Below are positions 55,939 to 64,000 of a stretch of 64,000 nt of DNA, one piece after another. Source of the DNA: a virus; IMG/VR virus record IMGVR_UViG_3300030329_003201, positions 1-64,000 of that record. The stretch is one strand, 5' to 3'. The notes below the pieces were generated by a model. The model searched no databases and was not told where the DNA came from. It worked only from the letters and a program-made list of their open reading frames with translations. Position 1 is the first letter of the stretch. Each line of letters starts with the position of its first letter. Position numbers and translations under genes: made by a program.

Positions 55939-58290
55939 TTACCCCACAGCGCCTGCTTGACCAAGAAGCTCTTGTAGGAACTGAACCTGTTGTTCAGGCG
56001 GATAGTTCAAAGCCTCTTGAACAAGTTGAATAATCTCTGGTGGTGCGCCCATCTCCATTAGTGCAGCCAGAATCGTCTCAAGCGCCTGCTGGGGCGGCAA
56101 CGATAGGATCTGTTGCGCCAGTTCGGGCGAAATAGGTAAAGCCGGGAGAGCGCCCCCTGGACCCGGTGGTGGTCCTGCGGCAGTGGGAGGGGCCATAGGA
56201 GCCATAGCCTGGGAGGCTGGCGGTGGGGCCGGAGGAGGCGGCCCTCCCGGTGGCGGTCCTCCCTGAACCGGCATCCCAGGGGGCATTGCTGCCTCTTCTG
56301 GCATCATGCCGGGGGGCGGCCCACCTGGAGGCATTGCTTGTTCTTGCGGCGAAGGAGGCTGTCCTTCACCTTCCGCTTTCGCGGCCTCAGCTTCTTCCGC
56401 CTCGGATTCAAGCGCCGCCTCAAGTGCATCTGGATGCATATCCCCTGGCAAATCAAACTTCTCTACAAGCGCTACCATTTGTGCGCGAGCAAGCTTTGCG
56501 CTGGGGCCACCCTTGGATACGATCTCCCAAAGCATTTGCAGTGGCTCCAGAAGAGTAATCATTGCCTGGCGTACCGCTGATTCTGAGAACGGGGTGCGCC
56601 GTGAATCAACTACTTCGACAGCGAAATCACCGTCGAGATCTTCAATCGTAATTTCGAGAATTTCCAGACCGTCTTTGATTCGTACAAGGTCAGGTTGAAT
56701 GGACGCTTTGACCTCGACTTCAGCGACTGCGCCAACAACCTCTCCGCCTTGCTCTTCAACTTCCTCTTCAACTTCCTCGATAACTTCTTCCGCATCCTCA
56801 ACGGCCTCGTCCGCAACCTTCTCCATCTCATCCATGGCTTGTTGAGGCGCAAGCTCCTCATCTTTTCCATTGAGGACTTGGTTTTGCTCTTCAATCCCAC
56901 CGCCTGCATCGGGTGCTTCCATGGCGGCAATCAGAGCGCGGTAAAACATACGGACAAGCTGTGCAATCCAGCCGTCCTTGATCATCGCATGGCGACCAAA
57001 CTCGCTTTCGGTGTAGTCACGAAGGTTCATTACCTCCGTTGCTGTTGCCTGAGTGACGGCACCATAGGCATTTGGGCTGGTTCCAGACGCACGTTGTAGG
57101 TCCGCATCAGCCAAAGCCTCGTAGTTATCGATGTTTTGGGAGATCGGATTGCTCCGAATGGGAACCATGATGTCATTTAGGCTCCGACCCTGAAGCCTTG
57201 TCTCCTCTACAGGGATCACAAGGCCGTCTACACCGGCTGTAATCTGTGACATTTGGTCTGCTGTGAGCACACCATCAAGGCAAACGTACTGTCGGGAGTC
57301 TCTACGGGCGGCATTTGCACGGAAACTTCTAAAAATATTGATCTCAGAGATCTGAGGATAGACGCGAGACGCCTGACTTACTCCCCTAAGTGGGTATTCT
57401 GGCTCTTCATTGAAGATAAGAGGCGCAATGTGGGGGATTGGATCGCCATCTCTGGACGAAAAAGGCATGGGACCAATCCAAACTGGGTCCTCATACTCCT
57501 TTCCTTGGTCCAAAAGGTACACTTCCATGCGCCCACGCATCTCTCCGTTCGGTCCTTGGAAGCTATCAACAAAGTTACAAAGCTCTAAGACCCGAACAAA
57601 GGCCGATTCATCCCCATGAGAGCCCTTTTTTTGGCCATTTTTCTTGTCTTTTCGGGGGTTTTTGTGCAGTAAAGAGTCGCTTCCATCAAGAAAATCTTCT
57701 CTCGGAGAGCCCTTTAGCTCCCGTAAACCGTACTGTTCTTCCACTTCTTCGACAGGACGATAGTAAATATGACCAATAAATCGGGCATCTTCCTCGTCAT
57801 ACACGTCGCAATCAAGCAAAAGCTCCCACCAAGGGATAACTCTGAACCAAACCCGGTCAATCGGGTCTACAGCGGTGTCGTCTACACCTAATTTTACACC
57901 TGCACCAGGGTAAATAAGGGCCTGTCGGATGGCTTTAAGCACCCTCAAGTGGGTTCGATTCTGCAAAAGCCACTTGTTCGCGACCAATTCAGCCTTTCTT
58001 GGGTCGCCACCAAGGGTCGGACCAGGCCCTACAACCACCCGAGACGCCTTTGGATACAAGGCCGAAACGTAACTTTCGATGATTCCGTAAAGACGATTGA
58101 CTTCAATCTGAATCTGAGCGGGAGATTCTTGTACAGAATGGTAGCTTTGAGTCTGATGTGCCTTCCAAAAGCGCGTCAGATAGGCGGCTTTATAGACTTG
58201 CCAGTCCCTGCGCTCGTCACGCATGCGTCCATCATGAGCATCTATCTGCTCACGAATAAACTTTGGGTCTAGGATGTCGTTTTCAGCCAT
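55939..58290 (-). CDS. portal protein
   Basis: VNRL......VS.LY.K, A...AL...GA.VKLG, TATEV, D.DGDF.V.V; Pro-rich tail; position between terminase and scaffold. Confidence 0.85.
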   Translation of the reverse strand: MAENDILDPKFIREQIDAHDGRMRDERRDWQVYKAAYLTRFWKAHQTQSYHSVQESPAQIQIEVNRLYGIIESYVSALYPKASRVVVGPGPTLGGDPRKAELVANKWLLQNRTHLRVLKAIRQALIYPGAGVKLGVDDTAVDPIDRVWFRVIPWWELLLDCDVYDEEDARFIGHIYYRPVEEVEEQYGLRELKGSPREDFLDGSDSLLHKNPRKDKKNGQKKGSHGDESAFVRVLELCNFVDSFQGPNGEMRGRMEVYLLDQGKEYEDPVWIGPMPFSSRDGDPIPHIAPLIFNEEPEYPLRGVSQASRVYPQISEINIFRSFRANAARRDSRQYVCLDGVLTADQMSQITAGVDGLVIPVEETRLQGRSLNDIMVPIRSNPISQNIDNYEALADADLQRASGTSPNAYGAVTQATATEVMNLRDYTESEFGRHAMIKDGWIAQLVRMFYRALIAAMEAPDAGGGIEEQNQVLNGKDEELAPQQAMDEMEKVADEAVEDAEEVIEEVEEEVEEQGGEVVGAVAEVEVKASIQPDLVRIKDGLEILEITIEDLDGDFAVEVVDSRRTPFSESAVRQAMITLLEPLQMLWEIVSKGGPSAKLARAQMVALVEKFDLPGDMHPDALEAALESEAEEAEAAKAEGEGQPPSPQEQAMPPGGPPPGMMPEEAAMPPGMPVQGGPPPGGPPPPAPPPASQAMAPMAPPTAAGPPPGPGGALPALPISPELAQQILSLPPQQALETILAALMEMGAPPEIIQLVQEALNYPPEQQVQFLQELLGQAGAVG

Positions 58291-58619
58291 TACGAAATAG
58301 GCCTCTCAGCGTAAGGATTATGTCCGGGCATATTAGCGGCTAACATGTCTAAGTCACTTCCCGCACCTTCAATACGAAGAGACTCTTGTTGTCGGCGCTG
58401 AACTTCGGCATCCATTCGCTTTTTACGTTTCTTCTCACGCATGGCCTGCACTACGCCGACTACTTCACCTACGACCTCTGCTCCTAACTGAGCTTTCTTT
58501 GTAAGCGCCGCTTGTTGCTTGGCCTCGTGGGCCGCTGTCAACTCGGGCAGCTTCCCGCTTTTTTCTACCATTGTTCCCGCTTGCATTGCAGCGGTTGACA
58601 TGCCAGGCACTACAGCCAT
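58290..58619 (-). CDS. hypothetical protein
   Basis: 109 aa; coupled to the portal gene. Confidence 0.65.
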   Translation of the reverse strand: MAVVPGMSTAAMQAGTMVEKSGKLPELTAAHEAKQQAALTKKAQLGAEVVGEVVGVVQAMREKKRKKRMDAEVQRRQQESLRIEGAGSDLDMLAANMPGHNPYAERPIS

Positions 58620-58627
58620 TTTTCCCC

Positions 58628-59047
58628 CTAAAGTCTTTCGAAGAGGAGATCTTCATCCGACATAGTATCAAGACCAGGCTTTTCTACAACAGGTTCTGGT
58701 TCTTGAACTTTCTCTTCTTTCTTTTCAGGTTCCACTCGAACGGGCTCAGGCGGCGCTTCTTCTTCTGTATACGGACGAAACAACGCGCTTTCTTGCCGAC
58801 CAAATTTAGTTCTTCCTTTTAAAGGATCGAAATCATCGTCATAATCTCGAAGGCGCATTGTTCTAAGTTGCGCCGGACTAAACCTTGGCCGACCCCGAAG
58901 CTCCTTAGGCAAGTTCATCTCCCTCTCAATAGCGGCTTCAGGAGTCACCGCTGCTTCGGAAATAGCCATAGAGATGGATTCAGCGGGACTAAATCCATCT
59001 TTACGAGCGTACTTATTAATCTTTGAGAGGATGAAGGATTCAGACAT
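58628..59047 (-). CDS. hypothetical low-complexity protein
   Basis: 139 aa; ends MSDEDLLFERL. Confidence 0.65.
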   Translation of the reverse strand: MSESFILSKINKYARKDGFSPAESISMAISEAAVTPEAAIEREMNLPKELRGRPRFSPAQLRTMRLRDYDDDFDPLKGRTKFGRQESALFRPYTEEEAPPEPVRVEPEKKEEKVQEPEPVVEKPGLDTMSDEDLLFERL

Positions 59048-59058
59048 TTATCGGTGCT

Positions 59059-59844
59059 TCACCGAATGGTTTGTGCGGGTTGAGGCGGAGGTAGCATGCC
59101 GGTTGCGGGGTCGATTCGGCTAAGCTGGCGCTGGATTTGCGCGTCAGACCACCCGTTTTCACGCAAATGGTTTTCCATCATGGTGCGGTACATGGTGCGC
59201 TCTTGTTCATTAAGCGCCTGACCTGCCTGCCACTTGTTGTGAAGGCTCTCAACCCTGCGATTATATTCTGCTATGGCTTCAGGGTGGTCTGACGCAGAGA
59301 ACGTTACGGGCTCTTCTATGCGAACCTCTCCTGGCTTCATCCCTAGTTGTTCTGCGTACTGACCTTCGGGATAGATCGACACCATATCTTCAGGTGTTGC
59401 CTCGCCTTTAATCTGCTCGTCTGCGGCAAAAATCATTGGACGATGTCTTACCGTGGCGCTGGTAGGACCAGGCATGCTTTGCTGAAGCACCTCTGTTGGC
59501 TCTTCTGCTCGCCTAAAATTGAACTCCAGAGGCTCCATGTACTCCCATTTTGTGGGAGGGATTGGCTGCATCTTGCGAATAACCCTTGTTGGGGCTGCAA
59601 CGTAGGGGTGTTCTGCGGGAGTTGAGTATCCGCCTACGGCTCCAGGGTAAGCTTCGACGTAATTTTGCTGTTCCCAAGGGAGGATGACATCCCCGGTCGC
59701 CCCTGCTTGTCGCATGGCTCGGCCTTCAGGAGATTCCGAATATTGGACCTGAGGGGGATTACGGCCAGCGGCATTGGCAAGTTCTTGCTGCTGTTGCATA
59801 CGCAGTTGGGTCGGTGTCAGGAACGGGTTTGGTTTATCAGCCAT
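59059..59844 (-). CDS. Pro/Gln-rich hypothetical protein
   Basis: 261 aa; GGAG RBS. Confidence 0.7.
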   Translation of the reverse strand: MADKPNPFLTPTQLRMQQQQELANAAGRNPPQVQYSESPEGRAMRQAGATGDVILPWEQQNYVEAYPGAVGGYSTPAEHPYVAAPTRVIRKMQPIPPTKWEYMEPLEFNFRRAEEPTEVLQQSMPGPTSATVRHRPMIFAADEQIKGEATPEDMVSIYPEGQYAEQLGMKPGEVRIEEPVTFSASDHPEAIAEYNRRVESLHNKWQAGQALNEQERTMYRTMMENHLRENGWSDAQIQRQLSRIDPATGMLPPPQPAQTIR

Positions 59845-59912
59845 GAGTTCTCCAAAAAAACGGTAGCAAGGTAAGGTGACAGTATCACATTCTTATGTGG
59901 TAATCCCTTACC

Positions 59913-60350
59913 TTATGGCAATCTGCTAAGAATTAAGTCTTCATCATCTTCCGGTAGCTCTTCAGCTAAAGCCGGTGCTGTCTCTGGGGGCTTCCTGGGT
60001 CGGGGCGGCAAAAAAGATTGAAATGGATCTCTCTTAGGCTCTTCCTCTTCTGGGGGAAGGGCGATCATCTCGTCTTCTTCTTCTTCAATCTTGGCTACTT
60101 CTTCCTCGCGATCACCGGGCCAGTTGATTTTAGTAAGAAGGTCCAACATGACTTGGTTCATGCGCTCGTCTTCTGGGCTAAGCTTTCGCTTCTCCATGGT
60201 GTCATACGGCTGGCGCAAAGCTGCAAGATACCCTTGCTCTTCCCTGTTCAGTCCACCAATCGGGATTCTTGCGGGCGGGACACCTACAACGTCCTCGTCT
60301 CCCTCCCTTCTTCCTCTTCGCACTCCCTCTGTGATCATAGGATCTGCCAT
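59913..60350 (-). CDS. acidic low-complexity protein
   Basis: Likely start MADPMIT at 60350; ends EDDEDLILSRLP. Confidence 0.65.
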   Translation of the reverse strand: MADPMITEGVRRGRREGDEDVVGVPPARIPIGGLNREEQGYLAALRQPYDTMEKRKLSPEDERMNQVMLDLLTKINWPGDREEEVAKIEEEEDEMIALPPEEEEPKRDPFQSFLPPRPRKPPETAPALAEELPEDDEDLILSRLP

Positions 60351-60351
60351 A

Positions 60352-61389
60352 TCATTCTCCCGGTGGCTTATTGATTCGGATGTGTAGGCCCTCAATGGTT
60401 GGCTTCTCTAACCTTTCACCCAGAAGCAGTTCGTCATCAGTAATGCCGTAGTTCTCTTGCTCGTTACCCCAGTATTCAAGGAACTGACCGGCATCAAGAA
60501 AGCCATGCTGCTGCAAGAAGCCTTCTTCTTCGAGTTCGGGTGGGATAGGAAGAAGTTCGTTTGGTGGGACAGTCTCTCCCTGAGGAGTTTCCTCTTCGAA
60601 GCTCGATTCGAGACGCCTGAGATTCCTCATCCGAGGAAAAAGCAACCCCACTCGTTCTGACTCAAGTTCTCTGTCGAAGCGTTCAGGATCATCAAGTCCG
60701 TCGTAAGGGGCCTCTACTGATGGATCATAAAACTGGACATTGCCCATGCTTCCCACAATAGACTCAATAGCAACAGGGTCTGGCTCGTACCCCTCTTCGT
60801 CCGAAAGAAGCATCTCTCTTGACATCCTGACGTACCAGTCGTCAGGCATTCCTTGGACTTGTTGCCTCAGCAAAGCGTTGTAGGCATCAAGCGTTTCACT
60901 CTGTCTTTGCGCTCTCCGTACCCGCTTATGAGCGCCAAGTATTGGCCAATCCTCGCCAATCCAAGGAGCCTCAAGAAGGTGCTGGGCTCCTTTAAATCCA
61001 GCATATCCAGCCAACCCTACGGCCTCAGCCGATCCGGGTGCCCTTAATCTTGAAACGTTTCTCCAAGGGCCAAACCCTGTTGGCCCTCTTGGGCCTCGTG
61101 GAGATTGCCCAATTTTGTACCCTCTCTTAAGATCTCGCATCATCTGCTTGAACTCTTGGGGGTTCATTTGAGCACCGCGAGCCATGTTCGTCATTCGTTG
61201 ATGCATTTGACGAGTCATGTGGGTTCTTCCAGGTGGTGGTTTCCTCATGCTTCGAGCGAGTTCTTGTGACAACCGATCAAGCCTTGCTCGGTTCTCTGGG
61301 CTGTTTACTGGCTTACCGGCACGCATCGATTCTCTTGCAATCTGACGTGCCTCTTTGTTAAATATTTCAGTAGCTTCGTTTAGAGTCAC
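60352..61389 (-). CDS. hypothetical protein with basic N-half and acidic C-half
   Basis: 345 aa; AGGAG RBS before the GTG start. Confidence 0.7.
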   Translation of the reverse strand: MTLNEATEIFNKEARQIARESMRAGKPVNSPENRARLDRLSQELARSMRKPPPGRTHMTRQMHQRMTNMARGAQMNPQEFKQMMRDLKRGYKIGQSPRGPRGPTGFGPWRNVSRLRAPGSAEAVGLAGYAGFKGAQHLLEAPWIGEDWPILGAHKRVRRAQRQSETLDAYNALLRQQVQGMPDDWYVRMSREMLLSDEEGYEPDPVAIESIVGSMGNVQFYDPSVEAPYDGLDDPERFDRELESERVGLLFPRMRNLRRLESSFEEETPQGETVPPNELLPIPPELEEEGFLQQHGFLDAGQFLEYWGNEQENYGITDDELLLGERLEKPTIEGLHIRINKPPGE

Positions 61390-61401
61390 TGGATCAGTCT
61401 C

Positions 61402-61794
61402 CTATTTTTTCCAATCTTGGGACCAATACGGGGTTCCAAAAAGAAATCCACCCGGAATACCAGGAAGTGAGGTTCTCTTTCTTGTATCCCAGGTTGAGGC
61501 ATGGCTTACGTTGACCGGATCAATCCCGGTTCCATGTTGTTGTCTACGGGACTGAACGTGCAGTTTCCCTTGGAAGTTTGGATTGTTAGGGTCGGTTTGC
61601 CAACCAACTAGTTGAGTTTGCGCGTAGTTCTCGCCCTGTTGACCCAACTGGCTGCGGTCTTGAGTATGGATTGCTTTAGTTCTCCATCCTCCACCGCTTT
61701 GGTCGTAGGCTTCTCCCATTCTGTGCCTTAAAAGTTCTTCGTCGGACATTTCATCGAGTATTTGCTCGTGAGTTTTTCTAATAGGGTCTGCCAT
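61402..61794 (-). CDS. hypothetical protein
   Basis: Likely start MADPIRK at 61794 after AAGGAG. Confidence 0.65.
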   Translation of the reverse strand: MADPIRKTHEQILDEMSDEELLRHRMGEAYDQSGGGWRTKAIHTQDRSQLGQQGENYAQTQLVGWQTDPNNPNFQGKLHVQSRRQQHGTGIDPVNVSHASTWDTRKRTSLPGIPGGFLFGTPYWSQDWKK

Positions 61795-61823
61795 CACGGC
61801 TCCTTCCGTTACGAAAGAAACTA

Positions 61824-63365
61824 TCACATACCGAATGGATGCGGGATAGCCTTTCTCTTCCTCTTGAAGGGGAATGCTCGGCCCATCAGGGGCTCGGGAA
61901 GGGTCTTCATGTTCCACGCAGCAAGGGCTAGAGCATCGCAGAGATCGTCATGATACCCATCTCGACCCTCTACTTTCCCGTCTTCCTCTCGTACATGCAT
62001 CATTTCTTGCACTGTCGGAAGGTCGGTGAGCGTCAAGGAGTCTCCATCAACTAAGTACCGCAAGTGAGAATACACCTGGGCCTTTCTTCCAAGCCCATTT
62101 CTTCCGCCAGTCATCTTAAAATGATCGCCATTTGCAGGGTTGTACCAAAGCGGAACGCCCATTTCACGCAATCTGTGGATCACTACAGGGCCACCACCGC
62201 CTGTGTTCCACTCACAAAGCACTCTCGCACCGTTGTAACGGAACGCCAACTCAGCAACACGGATGGCAAAGTCCTCAGGCGACCTCTTGTTCGTAGTAAA
62301 AACAGCCACCTGTTCGCCATCTCTACTCAAAACCTGGGCAACAGAGTAGTCATTGCCTGTTCCCCAACTGGGATCAACACCCACACCGTAGGCCATACCA
62401 GCCTCGGGCTGTTTGAAGATACGCAACTCCTTCGACATGTCAGGAGGACGAAGCGTTGCAATCACCTCGTTGAGGTACATCTGGTCAAACCATGACCCAG
62501 TGACCTCCATGAAGCCTTCTTCAACTGTCAGAGGGTACTCTCGGCGGAACCTTGCCTCACCAATACCGTCAGCACCGTTGATCTTCTGGTGTCTCCAATA
62601 CAGTTGATTGATGTCTAAGTCGAAAAGCTCCTTCAAATCCCACTCTTCTTGAGTCGGTTCCCACTTTGGAGGCGCTTGTAGGCGATATGCCCGATGATCA
62701 GACCAACGGAAAAACCGGAACACTGCACTCGGGTCGCGCTGGGCATCCAAAACTTTGCGGTGAAATAGATTGCCAGGACCATTCGGAGTGCTCGTCACGA
62801 AGATTTGCTTGTGTGGACCATCGTGCAAAGTAGATGTGACGGACGCCCAAACAGCTTCATCATTAGGCCAATAAGCAACCTCATCAGCATGAAGACGCTG
62901 GAAGGTAAACGAACGACCATGACCACGACCACCAGCGGTTAGGCACCGGAAAACCACTCCAGTATCGGAGAACTCCATCTCTTTACGGTTGGATCGAGCC
63001 AAGGGACGTTGCAAAACAGTAGGGAGGCTGTCGTGGAAGTACTTCAGCCTCTTGAAGATCGAGTCCGTTGCATCAACGTCGTTGGCTACAATCAGAGTTC
63101 GGACTGGATCCAGGCACCAATACCCATAGGTAAAGTTCCATGCACAACCTACAGTGGTGTCTCCAATCTGACGTGGCTTGCAATGCACAATGGATTTCGC
63201 ACCTACAAGGAAATCATGCAAAGCAATACGCTGCTCGTCGTAAGGCTTGTCAAAGAAACGCTCGATGCCTTTCTCATCAATGATCTTCAGACGACTAATG
63301 AACTCAACAGGATCCTTGCCTAAGTTCATCAACCGCTGAACTACGGCATCTGATACACCACTCAC
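61824..63365 (-). CDS. terL: terminase large subunit
   Basis: KPRQIGDTT Walker A, LHADEVAYW Walker B, STPNG coupling motif, GVDPS.G...DYS and HDDLCDALALA nuclease motifs. Confidence 0.95.
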   Translation of the reverse strand: MSGVSDAVVQRLMNLGKDPVEFISRLKIIDEKGIERFFDKPYDEQRIALHDFLVGAKSIVHCKPRQIGDTTVGCAWNFTYGYWCLDPVRTLIVANDVDATDSIFKRLKYFHDSLPTVLQRPLARSNRKEMEFSDTGVVFRCLTAGGRGHGRSFTFQRLHADEVAYWPNDEAVWASVTSTLHDGPHKQIFVTSTPNGPGNLFHRKVLDAQRDPSAVFRFFRWSDHRAYRLQAPPKWEPTQEEWDLKELFDLDINQLYWRHQKINGADGIGEARFRREYPLTVEEGFMEVTGSWFDQMYLNEVIATLRPPDMSKELRIFKQPEAGMAYGVGVDPSWGTGNDYSVAQVLSRDGEQVAVFTTNKRSPEDFAIRVAELAFRYNGARVLCEWNTGGGGPVVIHRLREMGVPLWYNPANGDHFKMTGGRNGLGRKAQVYSHLRYLVDGDSLTLTDLPTVQEMMHVREEDGKVEGRDGYHDDLCDALALAAWNMKTLPEPLMGRAFPFKRKRKAIPHPFGM

Positions 63366-63913
63366 TTACCACCACGCCAAGCAATCGCGCCTGTGTTTAC
63401 CTGAAGCCACTCAACAACAGCCGTCTTGCGGTCATCTTCATCCTTACCGCCAACCTTGCCTGTGATCTTAGAGTACAAATCCAGCGCCTTGGAATCACCA
63501 TCGCGCATCATCTCACGCAGCGTGTCCCAAAACACCACGTCTAAACCATCAATGTCTTCTTTGGTCATCTGACGAGGAAGAGGGAACCCATCGTAGAACC
63601 AGGAGATAAAGCCCGATTGGTTCGACCATTCGCGCCATTCCTTCATGCTTACCTGCGGACCAGAGAACACATCACTACTACGAGAACCACGGAGCCAATC
63701 TCGGACATAACCAAGGCCCTTTTCATCCATCTCAATGGCCATCTCTTGGAATGCAACCTGTCTTTCTGTTGGATCAAAATGAAGAGCCTCCTGTTCAAAC
63801 GGACTTAGCGCAGTGTGCTGAACAGCAGGCAACTGGCTCGCTTCTTCTGCTTCATTACGCATCAACGACATCAAAGGATCTGTTAGAGTCGTCGGCTCTT
63901 TTGGAGTGTCCAT
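63362..63913 (-). CDS. probable terminase small subunit
   Basis: Directly upstream of and overlapping terL; GD.KA..LY....G motif. Confidence 0.65.
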   Translation of the reverse strand: MDTPKEPTTLTDPLMSLMRNEAEEASQLPAVQHTALSPFEQEALHFDPTERQVAFQEMAIEMDEKGLGYVRDWLRGSRSSDVFSGPQVSMKEWREWSNQSGFISWFYDGFPLPRQMTKEDIDGLDVVFWDTLREMMRDGDSKALDLYSKITGKVGGKDEDDRKTAVVEWLQVNTGAIAWRGGK

Positions 63914-64000
63914 GATTCCAAACTACCGCAAATGTCTCGATTTGTCACTGGTCGGGCTCAAATCTTGCGCTCCAACCTGAAGCCGATAGGCTGGTTCGGT

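Noticed and set aside
1-64000. Stop-codon reassignment or diversity-generating retroelement
   Set aside because: Genes tile densely in the standard code, and no reverse transcriptase or template/variable repeat pair was seen.

Overview
The window is most of a tailed dsDNA phage genome with podovirus-like (P22/N4-type) head and tail genes. It starts inside a gene and ends just upstream of the small terminase. (1) 1-11.2 kb, mostly + strand: short early/accessory ORFs including an ArdC-type anti-restriction protein, several structured intergenic elements and a tRNA-Asn(GTT). (2) 11.2-17.5 kb: replication and recombination genes, namely a histone-H1-like protein, DnaB, an initiator with internal iterons, a RuvC-like resolvase, an XRE regulator, and YqaJ exonuclease plus RecT. 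(3) 17.5-64 kb, all - strand: terminase, six low-complexity ORFs, portal, scaffold, major capsid, tail genes, lytic transglycosylase, internal virion proteins including a 4704-aa polyvalent protein, a tandem DUF2589-like pair, and lysis genes. No integrase, DNA polymerase or CRISPR array is visible. The most unusual observations are: a tandem pair of pseudoknotted structured elements with full covariation (7571-7730) behind a 63-aa ORF; a repeated MYGPP linker that brackets the modules of the giant protein; an acidic DE(D/E)LL motif shared by several putative cargo proteins; and the DUF2589-like pair. All family calls come from recognising motifs by eye; no database search was run.
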